Made by a program: the position numbers and the translations under genes. A stretch of DNA of 64,000 nt from Adineta vaga (Eukaryota > Animalia > Rotifera): positions 15,934,001-15,998,000 of the forward strand of contig CP075495.1 of assembly GCA_021613535.1 (NCBI GenBank). The letters are read 5' to 3'. This document shows, piece after piece, positions 27,540 through 42,500 of this stretch. Positions within the stretch are counted from its first letter, which is position 1; each line of letters starts with the position of its first letter. Below the pieces are notes generated by a model that saw nothing but the letters and a program-made list of their open reading frames with translations, was not told where the DNA came from and ran no database searches.

Positions 27540-30500
27540 ATGGATACTGTGCTACTGCAAAAAATTCAAAAGGCAAAAATTTTGTTACAGCCACCACAGA
27601 GTACGATTACAGCTATTGGATTGCAACAAGGTATCGCTTCCTATGCTCAAGAGCGTGTATGGTTTGAGGAAAAGTTACAAAATGATTCTTCAACATCATT
27701 AACTTCGAATAATGTTGTATTACCTTTGGTGGTTAAATGTGGTTCAATCTCCATTGAACGCATTCGTTCATCTATTCTTACTATTCTTAATCAACATACG
27801 ATTCTTCGAACAGCTTTTGATTTCAATGAAAAGCGTGGTAAACTTATGCAAAAGGTACAATCTAAAGTGGGAATCAACAGCTATTCTTTTGAAGTAACAA
27901 GAAGAACTATTCTGTCAACAAATGAGATGGTTGAATTGATTAAGAACGAATTCGACAATAATTTCAGCGACTTAGATCTCGGATTCGTACTTCGTTGTCA
28001 TTTGGTCAAGATGGGTCTGAATGACGATTATGAGTTGCTGAAACCCGATGATTTAATCATATTTGTTTTTCACCAAATAGTCTTTGATTATAATTCTGTT
28101 GGTCCGTTTATTACTGCATTTACACAAGCGTATGATGAAGTAACATCCAACATGACAAATTTACAATACATTGATTATACTTTGTATGAACAAACACAAT
28201 TAGCCAGCAGAGATCAAGATTCAAACATAAACAAGGCAAAACAATTTTGGTCAACATTAATGCGTGATTATAAGCCATATGGAAGGAATTCATCATTAAC
28301 AACTTCGATGCATGAAATGAAGAAACGCTCTGGTCGAGGTCTTAGTGCTACATTTAATCTGGACTCATATACCGTAGGAGCACAAATCGAATTCGCATCC
28401 TTATATAATGTATCTATGTTTGATTTGGGGCTCGCGTATTATTTTATTTTTCTGTATGAACTGAACAATGGTACGATCAACGATCTATGCGTAGTTTGTC
28501 CGACAGCTAATCGTCCATTAATTGAAATGAAATCAATCATTGGTACATTTATCAATATGTTACCGTACCGTATTCGTATAGATCCAAATCAATCTTTTAT
28601 AAATTTTGTCCAACGTCTTCATACATTATGTGCTGATATTTCTGAACATGATCAATTGCCATATCAATTGATCATGAAAGACACGGATAATTCATATCTG
28701 CCAAAACTGCCCTTTCATTTCCGATTTGATTCAATTGATCCTTTATCAGCAGAAGAAATGGCCCTCGAATCTGAAACGAAAGATGGAACATTGGGATTAT
28801 ATATAGATGGAGTTTGGTTGCATGGTAATAGTGTCATGGCTAACGATCTTACTTTAACGATGATTCACAATCATCAAGAACAGAAAACACAGTATATTTT
28901 CGAATGTTCCACTGACTGTTATAAAGAAAAAGCAGCGGCCGAAATGTGTCGACATTTTGAGGATTTTCTGTCGAATTTCTTCATCAAAAGTTCGACAACT
29001 TCTGACTTCAACAATACTCAACAATCGATTACAAGCTCATCTCATCTATTATCAGGCATCAAACAGTTGTCAAAAGCTAATTTCGAGCAACAATCAATTA
29101 TTGCAGAAACATGTAAGTCTCTCGTTGTAAACTATTCAAGAGCTCTATATTTTACAAATATTTCAGCATTTTCAACAGGTTCAAACTTGAAAACGGATGA
29201 AAAATGTTCATTAGCTCCTAAGGAAGACATACTAAAAATTGCATCAAATAATAAATTAGAAGATACGATTAATAACATTTGGCATGAAGTAATGCACACA
29301 GAGCTTGATTCATATAAAACACAACAGAATTATGACTCATCAATATCAACTACAACTAGCTTCTTTAGTCTTGGAGGTGATTCTCTTCCATTGCTTCAAC
29401 TCTATCGCTCATATCAATCTATATTTCACTTTGATACTGATGCTCTATCAATTCGAACGTTCTTTGAACATGATACTCTAGCTGAACATGCAAAATTACT
29501 AAAAACAGCCATCATAAATGATATTCAATCAAGACAGTGGCATACACTGCATATTAATCATGGTAGTCGGCTTTATGTTAGATCCTTATAAATCATACAC
29601 CTCTTTGGTATTTTCCTAGGTATTGCATCATTCGCTCAGGAGCGTATCTTTCTTGACGAACAAGTCCGCTTTTCCAATAAAATTGCCATATACAATGAGC
29701 TGGTAGTTGTTCGACCTGTCAAAGGTTCATTATCAATGGCTCTTCTATTAGAAGCTCTACGAGCTGTTTTAGAAAAGAATAATATATTGCGTACGTGCCT
29801 CATTTTAGACAATAGTGAAAATAAATTAAAACAATGTGTAACTGATCATCATCAAACATTCACATTTGCAAACGAACAAACGTTTGAGACCGACAATGAA
29901 CTTAGTGATCTCATTTATAAAGGAAAAGTTGATCGAAGTCGTTTTGATTTATCAAATGGGCGGATTTTTGATTGCCAGATACTTCGGAAACAGCAATCAT
30001 TGAACTCAAACTACGACACTGAACAGATAACAGATTCAGACGTGCTCATATTTGGTTTTCATCATACAGTATGTGATAGATTATCTTTTCAAAATTTTCT
30101 CAAAAGTTTAAGTCGTGCTTATAATAATAAAAAAGCATATGCAGGCGAGAAACAGTCTCTACAATACATTGACTATACTGTTTTGGAACGTGTAATGGAT
30201 ATGACATTATCTCGTGAGTTTTGGCATTCACAACTTGATGGATATAACTTTAAATATCCATTTCCTTTTACCGTCGATCGTCATCGTTTACCAAATGATC
30301 AACGATCAGGTGTAGCGTCCACGGCTCAGATCGCGTTCGACGATGACATTGCCTCGTCTTTTTTAAATTATGCATCAACACATCATCTTACGTTTTTTCA
30401 GCTTGGATTAGCGATATTTTATGTATTTTTATTCAAGTTATCTCATGGTCTAACTGATTTGTGTGTTTCTTGCTTAAACGCTAATCGATACAAAAGTGAA

Positions 30501-33500
30501 CTACAAGATATGATTGGAATGTTTGTTTCAACATTGCCTCATCGTCTGCAACTTGATTCTAGTTGTTCATTTGATGAACTTGTGAAACATGTTCGAGACC
30601 AATGTTTATCGGTTCTAGAACATTCCCACTATCCACTGCAACATATCCTAGCTGATTTTCATCTTAATCGATCGAATGTTTCATTTCTTGAGACACTCTT
30701 CGACTTTATTACTGTATCGCCAAATTTCGATCAGCCTTCCTTCGATGGAATAATCCTAGGAGAGGCACCTTTAAGACAGTCATATGAAGTGGCGAAATTT
30801 GATTTTTCAATGACATTCTTCTACAATTCAACTTCAGATGACCATAAACTATGGTGTTCTCTTGTTTGTTCAAGTGAAATATTTGACGAAGCAACAGTTA
30901 AGATCCTCAGCCGACGATTTAATTATCTTGTTGAACAACTAGTTTCTTCAAATCCAAGTACTAAGAGAATAGATACATGTCTTTTATCTATATCAAATAC
31001 TGACCTTATTTTGCCAGAAGAAGCTAACGAAATACAGAACATCGACTTTTGTCGACAACTAGATGTACTAAATGACGGTAAATATTCACTTATTCATATG
31101 TAAAGCATCTCACAAATTATATTTATGAGAAAGACTATGGTGTATCATTTTATTAGGGAACACAAAAGCATTTTTCTGGTTTTCGATGATGTTTTCCGGC
31201 AGTTACTCGGTAGTTCTGCCAGCGCTTTTTTGTACGTTTCACTAAAGTACATTGAACTGTATTTAGGAACTGCCAAAGAACTCCCGACAAGCATCAAGGA
31301 ATACTAGGAATGCTTTTGCATTCTCTCGCAAAATGACACTCTTATAAAAGCTTGCAGGGACTTACATAAATTCTTACAAAAATTATCCACGGTTGACTCG
31401 AGGGGGAAAGAGCGGAACCGTGATTCCTGAATTCCCATGTATTCCGCTCTTTACCCCTTGGGTTGAGCTGCAAAGCGTTTAATCATTTAAATACAGTATA
31501 ATCTTTCCCTAGTGGTCAAAAATCGGGACTTCCCAAAAGTGCACACTGCAGAGATGCGTTGAATATAAAGAGATAACGGTAAAATTACGTATCTTACCAC
31601 TTTTCCATTTCGAACACCGAATAGTGAGTGCTCGGAACGAACTCCCTGTGGAAAAACAGGATGTTCGGGCAGGGTGGTGCGGAATTCATCAGAGCATTTT
31701 TTAAAAAATCATTTCAAAGACAGAAGCTAATCCACGTTCGCTGACTACGCTTCTCTTTCAACCATAGCTTTCCTTTAGTTTTTCTCAAAGGGGGGAAAAA
31801 TCAAAGAGAAAATAGTTAGACCAATGCTACTAAAATAATCAAGGAGAAAGCTAACATGTAAGAAAAAAATTAGAGTGGGAAAATATCTCTCCCGTAATCA
31901 TAGGACCTACCTCACACTCTTAGACATATATCACATCACCACCTTTTCTGCCATTATACCAATTACTCTATCGATTGCAGTATTCTCCAAAACGTTTTCT
32001 ATCTACCTCGATATCTGCTTTCATTATTAATTCTTCCAATAAATTACTTCCGATCTCTCTTAGACAAACGAAACGCATAATATAAGCAAAGAAAGCATTT
32101 AAGAGAATCTAAGAATATGAACGAAGTCTTCCCGTTCTTCAACAGCTCTTGCCATTATTACAGAACTATGAAAAATCATTATCCTTCACACAATATGAAT
32201 AAACATCACGGCACAATAATCAGCCCTAAACTTACTAGCAAAATAGACAATCCTCATAAATCTTTTCAAAAAATTAATTAAATTATTATTTTGTTCAGCA
32301 CCAGCATCCTATGCTCAAACACGTCTGTGGTTTAAAGAACGCTCCAATCCTGATATCGGCAACTCGCAAGTGCCTAGTTACAACATGCCATTTGTTTATC
32401 GGCTATATCTACAACGTACTCTCTCAAGAGAAAAGCTTTCCATTGCACTCCAACTCATTGTCAAAAAGCATCCATCACTTCATACAGCACTCACCTTCCA
32501 TTCTGAAAAACAACAACTCATGCAACAGATCATCAACCATGACGATAATCAAAACAACAAAATGCACTTCCCATTTATCATCAGCACTTATGAAACCGAT
32601 CAACAACTTCAACAGATCGTCTTCGATGAAAACAAAAATTCTCAACTATTTGATTTATCACAAGGTCATGGTTTCCGATGTCATCTTGTTTATCATCAAG
32701 AGACCTCATCTGATGATGGTCTCTTGTCTGACAAAGATCTCATCATCTTCAATTTTCACCATGCTTTCTTTGACTTGCAATCATTGGATATCTTCTTAGA
32801 TGATCTTAACCAAGCATATGTCGCAGGTCAACTATGTACACATGGAGAAAACGATGAAACTGTCCTACGTTATCTTGATTGTAAATATCATTCTCCTATT
32901 CTTCTATTTGTCTTTATCATTATTCTTTCTACACAGATGCTCTCATTGAACAACAGATGTCAATGAGCGGCGCAAGTTTCTTTTGGCTTGATACACTTCA
33001 TGATTGTCAACTCGATCGAACCCTTGCTTTACCTTACGATCGATATCGTCTTTCCAATCAACAGCGAACTGATCGTGCAATATCTCTTACTTTCGATTCT
33101 GATCAACATCTTTCACATCGACTTCTTACTTATGCATCAACAAATAACATTTCATTTGAGCATCTTATTCTTTCACTCTATTTTCTGTTTCTCTACAAAA
33201 TCACCAGTGGTCAAAAGGATCTCTGCATTGCTATCGATACACATGGTCGATATCGACCTGAATTCAACTCAATCATTGGCGTTTTTGTCAATACGATTCC
33301 TCTTCGATGTCAACTTCATGCTCATTGGTCATTCATTCAATTCGTTGATCATGTGTGTGAAATAACAAGAAATTCAATGAAATATTCATACTATCCACTT
33401 CAGCACATTCTCAATCAACATCCTCATCTCTCACATGCTGCATTTCTTCATACATCATTTGAATTCATCGTTTCACCAACTACAGGCAAACACAGAAATA

Positions 33501-36500
33501 CAATTATTATTGGTGACAATCAACTTTCGTTGTTGCCTTTGTCAGTTCATACAAATGAAAATGAAATTATCAGTAAATTTGACTTCTTCGGTAGCTTCAT
33601 ACATAATCCAATGACAAATCAACTTTCATGTACAATGAATGCATCACTTGACTTGTTCACTTGTGAAACAATTCAAACAATGACACAACGATTTCACCTC
33701 ATGTTGCATCATTTATTTTCATCAAATGATACTGGTCGATCTGACACATCCATCTGCGAATTGTCATTCACAATGCCTCATGAACAACTTCTTCTTCAAT
33801 CATTAAACAATACACAAACTATATCTTCTCCTGTTACCACTGAGCATTGTATTCATCAGACATTTGTCAAACAAGTGATAAAACATCCACAAAAACTAGC
33901 AGTTGAATTAGATGAACAATCATTGACATATGCTGAGCTGTTACATTCTGCTCAGATCTTATCCTTATACCTGCTGAATCGGTGCTCAGTTCTTGTAGGT
34001 GATATTGTTTGTCAATGTGTTGAACGAAGTATTACAATGGTAAGCATGTTGAATAAATACATATGTCCGAAATGAAACTATTTTATTCATTTTAGGTAAT
34101 TGGTATCATGGCAATTGAAATGACAGGTAGTGCTTATTGTCCTTTGTCACCTCGAGATCCTCATCATCGTTTGCAATCACTTGCAAAACAAACACACAGT
34201 CGACTTGTTCTTGTTCATTGGTTGACAAACGAGAAGTTTAACGATGATGTTATTTCATTAGATATCGAAATGACACTAATAAGCAATTCTTATATCGAAA
34301 ATCATATGAATTTTGATTCATTGTCCAATATAACAGTAACATCAGAGAATATAGCTTATGTTATTTTTACAAGTGGATCGACAGGAACACCAAAAGCGGT
34401 TCGTTGTCGTTTGCTCTCTCAAAATCTGAATGTCTTGTATATTATTTATAGGTTCAAGTTTCTCAAGGGAATTTCATTCATTATGCTGAATCCTTGACTC
34501 AGATCAATTCATTCAATAGTGATGATGTTGTTATACAAATGGCTCGATGCTCATTTGATATGCATATGCACGAGATAATAGGCATTCTCATCCTTGGGGG
34601 AACTTTAGTAATGCTTCATCCACATGGAACACTCGATTTCGATTACTTGAAGGAAATGTTAGAGAAAAAACAAATCTCATACATGCATTCGGTGCCAAGT
34701 TTACTGTTCAGTTTCTTTACGTACGTTGAACAATCACACAACAAAAATATCTCATTACACCTTCGTTCACTAATTAGCGGTGGTAAGTAGTCATGACAAC
34801 ATATTATTGATGATAGCTCATCACACTATCATTTGTCATAGGTGAACCATTTCCGATTCAGTTTGTCGATATCTTGAGACGACTGGTTATCGCATATTGT
34901 ACTATTTGGAATTCGTATGGTCCAGCTGAAGCAACTATTGCTTGCACGGGGCACATTGTCAATCTCATCGAAAAGTACGAGAATGTTCCGATTGGTCCAC
35001 CTCTTCCTCGATATCGATGCTTGATCTTAGATGAATTTGATCAAGCGGTTGTCATTAATGAAGAAGGCGAATTGATTGTTGGTGGTGTTGGCGTCTTTAT
35101 TGGATATCTTCATCGTGATGATTTAACGTCAAAAGCATTAGTTTATGTCGATAATGAGCTATTCTATCGAACGGGTGACCTTGTTCATGTCGATCACCAT
35201 GGTTTTATTCATTATCGAGGAAGAAAGGATCATCAAATCAAAATACATGGTCAACGTATTGAATTGGGTGAAATAGAACAATGTCTTTTATTGATTTCAT
35301 CAATCTCAGCTTGTATCGTCGTGAAATGGACTGATGATAATCTTATTTCATATATTCAAAGTTTATCTGTTAATGAACAAGAACTTCGTGATCATTGTCA
35401 GTCACATCTTCCATCGCACATGATTCCATCATATTTTATCATTCTTGATAAATTGCCATTGAATACAAATGGAAAAATCGATCGGAAGAGTCTTCCTGCG
35501 CCGCATTTCTCCTCGTCATCTGTTGAGGATGAGATTCAATTCAAATCACCCAGCAATGACATAGAAATCATTGTTCACAACACTTGTTGTGATATATTTC
35601 AACGAAAAAGCATTTCAATCAATACAAATCTTTTCACACTTGGTGCTCACTCTCTTCTCATGATACAACTCTTTCATCGATATAAAACAAAATTTCAATT
35701 ACATTCAAATTCATTTTCTATCACTGATCTTTTTCAACATCCAACTATTTATGATCATGCTCAAATTATTCATCAAACTCTCGACATGACACAAACAATG
35801 CATGACTCAACTTGGTTTTCACTCCATCTAACACAAGGTGAGACATGCACATATGACAGAATGTATGAACAATCCGGAATCTTTTCTTTTCTTCTTCTCT
35901 CTTCTTCTAGCAAAAGCGTCCTATGCACAAGAACGTATCTACTTAGATGAACAAATTCGTTTCACAACACAAACAAGCAATCATAATATGTATGTTATTC
36001 CATTATTATATCGTGTTTCATCTCTTAACAATCACATATCATTATCACGATTGCATCATGCATTGCAAAATGTTATTACAAAACATCGTATTCTACAAAC
36101 AGCTCTTTACCTCGACACAAATGGAATTCTTATACAACATTGCTCTAAGACGAAATCATGTTCATTATCGGTCGATGATCTTCTTCAATATGAAAACTGT
36201 ACGACACATGAAGCTGTCATAAATATTATGAATCAGCCGAGTTTATTTGATTTATCCACAGGCAATGTAATTAACTGTCACATTCTCCGTTCTCATCGAT
36301 CATCATCATCATCTCATAATAACAATAACCAAAATGATGAGCATAATGATGATCTGTTGAATACAGATGATCTTATCCTATTCACTATTCATCATGCATT
36401 CTTCGATGGAACATCAACATCAGTCTTTATTCGTGATCTTTCTCTTGCCTATTCGACGAGCAATTCTTCTGATTCTTCTCCATCTATAAATCTTGATCCA

Positions 36501-39500
36501 ACATTTCAATACATTGATTATTCAGTTCATGAACATCTCATCGACATGACAACATCTCAACAATTTTGGTCTTCACAACTCCATGGATTCGATTTTCAAC
36601 ACCATCATCATCCTTCCTTATTGTGTGTCGATCGAGAACGATCATCACCAACAACTGTTCTCAATCAACGATCAGGTTCAGCATCAATTGCTTCATTTTC
36701 ATTTGATCAACGATTATGTACGTCGTTTGTCAACTATGCATCTCAACATCATCTTACACTGTTTCAACTTGCTCTAGCAACATTCTATGTATTTCTCTTT
36801 CGATTATCTCACTGTCAAACCGATCTATGTATCGCTTCAATTAATTCAAATCGGTATCGATCTGAATTACAAAATATGATTGGAATGTTCGTTGCAACAT
36901 TACCTTATCGTCTTCAACTGGATCGACATTGTTCATTTAATGAACTCGTTCGACAAGTTCGAAATCAATGTCTATCAATTCTTCCACATTCTCATTATCC
37001 ACTTCAACATCTTCTTGCTGATTTTCATCTTAATCAATCGAATGTTTCATTTCTTGAAATAATGTTTGATTTCATTAATATTTCATCTAATCGTAGTTCA
37101 TTTCGTTTGGATGAAACGCCTTTAGAACAAATATCCTTAGAACAATCAGATCAGGTGGCTAAATTCGATTTTTCCTTGCACTTCGTGTACGACGCCACAG
37201 CGTCGAATGACGAACAACTATCATGTGTATTTATTTGTTCATCTGATTTATTCGACGAGAGAACAGTTACACAAATCAGTGTACGATTTCAATATCTTTT
37301 CGAACAGTTGTTTGCATCGAACGAAAGGGCGGAAATAGGAAACGTATTTGATGTACCTATATCGTCATTTAATCTCATTTTACCAGAAGAAGCGAGAGAA
37401 ATCGACGATGTTATGTTTAGCCGACAAGATGACGTGATAAATGAAGGTAATGGTTTGTCTTTGTTGTTTTATATGTTGCCGAAAAGGCTATAGACTAGAC
37501 CAAAAGTGTTCATAGTTGATCTGCTCTTTTGTTGGGTTAATCAGAGTGGACATAAGGTGTAAGATTGATAACTCTTTGTGTTGTACTTGTGGCACAACTG
37601 TATCACGGTATCGTGCAGTCTCGAAGCTTGAATGTGAGTCCGAGTTTTTAGCATAGCAACGGGTGTTTGGATGAAAATCCAATGCTGATCGCCTCACAAA
37701 GCAGAGGTGACGTTTTGTTGAGTTGAGTTAATGTCAAATTTGTGTATTCTTTTATTGTGTCAATCAGGGCTGCCATCCGTACCCCATTTGGGGGTACCGT
37801 ACCCCATTTCGACAATTTGTACCCCAGAAATATTTGTACCTCAGAAGTACAATATTTGTACCCCATTTTGGATAATTTCTTTTTGTATAAGATTAAATCA
37901 TATTTTGCTATAATTAATAAATTTATTGGCTATAATCAAGGGGGAACAAACTGATTTCTAGCCAGAAATCATCGAAAATCAGTGGAAATTACAGAAATCA
38001 TTATATCTGATACATTTAGCTCCAAGATTTCAGGTGATTTCTATGATTCCACTTGATTTCTCTTGATTTTCACTGATTGCACCTGGGAGTCGACCTCTTT
38101 TGAAAGCAGTAGAAATCGCTGGAAATCAGTTTGTTCCACCTTGGCTATAATTGAAATTTTCATTTGCATAGAGACATGATGACTCAATTCTATTGACCAA
38201 ATTGATGACAAGGGCATAATAGTGCTATTCTTATTTTCAGCATTTGTACCTCCTTGTCTTTTCCAGTTTTAGTCACGCAATCGAAATGTAATCTTGTTCC
38301 TTATCAGTCACAGTTTTCTATCATAAAAGTGCTAACTGAAACAATTGATAGTGAATTAACGACACGATTTAATAAGTGCTACCATGAAATCAGAAGATTT
38401 TGATTTTTTGCGCAATCTCACTCAGAATTGATCAAATTTGCGAAAATCAAACCAAAACAGTTATGTGAAATACGTGTATTAGCTAATTCAAACGTAGAAC
38501 GTCTACTTTAAGTGGATATTTGTTATTATTTTTTGAACAGATAGATATCACGAGAAGACATGTATATGTAAACCAGTTGTTTTAAAATAAAAGCTAGAAC
38601 CTGAATAGAACTTTCAAAACGAACAAAGTTGTAAATAATCTTATAAGGTAAAAACCAGTGTTCAAAATCGATTTCACATTCACAGCTATTGTTACTCAGA
38701 AAGAACATGTGTACCCCATAAGTGTACCCCATTTAAAGTAGTATTGTACCTCACTTGTACCCCATTTAGAAATTTTTGTACCCCATTTCGAGCCTGAACA
38801 GATGGCAGCCCTGGTGTCAATCCATCTTTTCTTTTGCCTTCCTCTGCGCCGCTTGCCACCGACCATGCCAAGCATTATATCTTTTTGCAAAGAATCTTGT
38901 CATCGAATTATGTGTCCAAATTATGATAATTTTAACTTCAACATTGAAGCTTCCAGTGAACATTCAGGTTTTATTTCTTCTAAAACAGATTTGTTGGTTC
39001 TTTTTTCCGTCCATGGAATACGAAGTAATCTTCTCCAGCACCTAAGTTCAAAGGCGTCGATTTTTCTTTTATCGGCTTGTTTAATTGTCCAACTTTCACA
39101 TCCATACGTTGTTATCGGAAACACCATCGTTTTGATTATTCTAATTTTGGTGGTCAAGTTGATGTTCTTGCTCTTGATGAGCTTGTCCATAGTGACGGTT
39201 GCCTTTCTACCCATCAGAAGTCTGCTTTTTATTTCGTTACTGCGGTTACCATCGATGTTTATACTAGAACCCAAGAAAATGAACTCTTTGATTATTTCCA
39301 CTTGATCATTGTTGATGTAAAATTCTTGAATGCGTCCATTTGTCATCACGAAGGTCTTTTTCATATTCAGTTTTAGTCTAGCAGATGCACTTTCCTCTTT
39401 TACCTTTCGTAGGAGGTATTGGAAATCATCAGCTGTTTCAGCCAATATTGTAGTTTCATCTGCGTAACGTAGATTGTTGATATTTCGTCCACCAATTTTT

Positions 39501-42500
39501 ATACTACCTGTTGCTTCATCTATTCCAGCTTTCCTCATTATATGCTCTGCATATAAATTAAATAAATATGGAGATAGAATGCAGCCTTGTCGTACTCCTT
39601 TTCAAATGTTGAACCAGTTGGTATTTCCATAGTCTGTTTTCACGGGTGCTTGTTGATCGGTATAAAAGTTCTTCATGAGGATGATCAAATGCTTTGGCAC
39701 ACCCATTTCCAATACTACAGACCAGAGTTTCTCGTGGTCTACACAGTCGAAAGCTTTACTATATTCGATGAAACATAAGTAAAACTCTTTTAGGTATTCA
39801 CGAGCTTTTTCCATCAACCATCGTATATTTGCTATTTGGTCGCGTGTTCCTCTTCCTTTTCTAAATCCTGCTTGTGTAATTGGCATTTCTCGTTCGAGAA
39901 AAGGTTTCAATCACCGTTGTATAATCTTCAACATGATCTTGCTGACATGTGATATGAGAGCGATTGTTCGATAATATGAGCAATCTTTGGCATTTCCATT
40001 CTTCGGTATGAGGATGAATATCGAAGTTTTTCAATCTTCAGGCTATTTTTGTGTTTTCCATATTTGTTGACATAACTTTGTAAGTATTTCCACTGCATCT
40101 TCTTTGATTGACTTGAAGCATTCAATTGGGATGCCATCATGTCCAGGCGCTTTTCCATTTGGTTTTGATTTCATCACCATTTGTTAAATTTTTATCATTT
40201 TGATCTATTAAAGTTCCATTTCTGGGTATAAATTGTCCACGGAAGTATTTTATCTTCTTGTATTCTTCTACTTTTTCACATTCTTCACTAATTTGTTTTT
40301 GTTTGTCTATTCTTGCTGCACGCTGAAAGTCGGCGTTAAGTTTTGCGAAGACTTGTCTGTTTCCATTTGCTTTAGCTTCTCGTCTTTCCTTTGCGATTTT
40401 CAAGGTGTTTGACGATAACCAGTTGTTTTTCTTCTTCTTTGGGATTGTCAGTGTATTTCTTGCCATAATTCTTCAGGTTCCTTATCGACGAGGTTGAGTG
40501 CGTTCGATCTGTTTTTCACTTCTACCTTGTACTCGTACGGAATATTTTGTAGATCGGGTTTTCTGTTTCTGTTGATTTGTGATGTTGTTGAAGCTTGATT
40601 CGAAAACTTGCTACCAAAAGTTCGTGATCATCGCCGTAGTAAGTTCCTGGTCGTGTTTTGACGGATGCTGTTGAGCTTTTCCATCGTCTGTTGCAGAGAA
40701 TATAATCAATTTGGTTTCGATGTAGGCCATTTGGTGTTGTCCATGTGTATAATCGTCGTTTTGCTTGTTGAAAACATGTATTGGTGATGATCATATGATT
40801 TTCTTGGCAGAAATCAATCATTCTCTCCCCAGCTTCATTGCGCTTTCCCAGACCAAATTTTCCAACTATGTCAGGTACTGCCATTTTGCCAACCTTTGCA
40901 TTCCAGTCACCAATTATCAAGATAGCATCCTTCTTTGGAACATCGTTGAGTATTTATTGTAAACCTATGTAGAAATCGTCGATTGTCGATTCATCTGCTT
41001 CTGTGGTTGGTGTGTATATCTGTATTATTGTTAAGTTCGTTGGTTTTCCTTCAAGTCGAATAGAAAACATTCAATCACTTCTTGGATAATATTCGATTAC
41101 TGATTTAACAAGATTCTTGTTTAATACCATGGCCACTCCATTTTTTCTAGTGTTTTGGCTGCCAGAATAATAGACTTCATAGCTGCCGGATGTGAAATGA
41201 CCATTACCTGTCCATTTGAGTTCACTTATTCCAAGGGTGTCTATTTTGATTCGATCCATTTCTGATTTGACTATTTCGAGCTAGCCTTGATTCAGGCTTC
41301 TTACATTCCACGTGCCAATTTTGTGTGTTTTCAAAAAGCTTTCTTCTTTCCGCTTGTATCTGTTTTACTCAGCGATTGAACTTCCTTTCAGTTTTGATTC
41401 AATAGCGTCATTATTTACAGTACTATTTGTACTCGACCTTGGCTCTTCCCCAGCCATACTTTTGATGCCTTCCAACCTGAGAGTCCCATCTTCCGGCACC
41501 ATAGCCTGAAACGTCGTCGACTGTCTGTTCATTGAATTTTCTTGGTAGATATACTGAAGTGATTTACCATTCCCTTCTTCAGCGCAGTTCGAGTTACTTC
41601 GTTGCGACCTACTATCGCTGCTGCCCGATAGTTTCTGCGTACGGGCATTTGCCCTAAAAATATCTTTAAGTTTCTCTCTCGTACCACTTAGAGATTGCAC
41701 GTTCCGACTTTATGAGAGAAACGTTTTCTATCTACCTCGATATCTGCTTTCATTATTAATTCTTCCAATAAATTACTTCCGATCTCTCTTAGACAAACGA
41801 AACGCATAATATAAGCAAAGAAAGCATTTAAGAGAATCTAAGAATATGAACGAAGTCTTCCCGTTCTTCAACAGCTCTTGCCATTATTACAGAACTATGA
41901 AAAATCATTATCTTTCACACAATATGAATAAACATCACGGCACAATAATCAGCCCTAAACTTACTAGCAAAATAGACAATCCTCATAAATCTTTTCAAAA
42001 AATTAATTAAATTATTATTTTGTTCAGCACCAGCATCCTATGCTCAAACACGTCTGTGGTTTAAAGAACGCTCCAATCCTGATATCGGCAACTCGCAAGT
42101 GCCTAGTTACAACATGCCATTTGTTTATCGGCTATATCTACAACGTACTCTCTCAAGAGAAAAGCTTTCCATTGCACTCCAACTCATTGTCAAAAAGCAT
42201 CCATCACTTCATACAGCACTCACCTTCCATTCTGAAAAACAACAACTCATGCAACAGATCATCAACCATGACGATAATCAAAACAACAAAATGCACTTCC
42301 CATTTATCATCAGCACTTATGAAACCGATCAACAACTTCAACAGATCGTCTTCGATGAAAACAAAAATTCTCAACTATTTGATTTATCACAAGGTCATGG
42401 TTTCCGATGTCATCTTGTTTATCATCAAGAGACCTCATCTGATGATGGTCTCTTGTCTGACAAAGATCTCATCATCTTCAATTTTCACCATGCTTTCTTT

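Larger units (their letters stand above)
37650..41718 (-). mobile_element. Degenerate RTE-clade (BovB-like) LINE in NRPS intron 9, antisense
   Basis: APE endonuclease motifs GTWNVRSL, LGISELKW, GDWNAKVG, NQIDY and DHELL. RT motifs GFRKGRGTRDQI, GVRQGCILSP and LRYADE. C-terminal GKRRRGRQKKRWID. Many stops and frameshifts; 3' limit approximate. Confidence 0.9.

Noticed and set aside
35911-37446. Calling the post-T domains epimerases
   Set aside because: They lack the E-domain signature motifs and resemble the C domains. Left as C-family.
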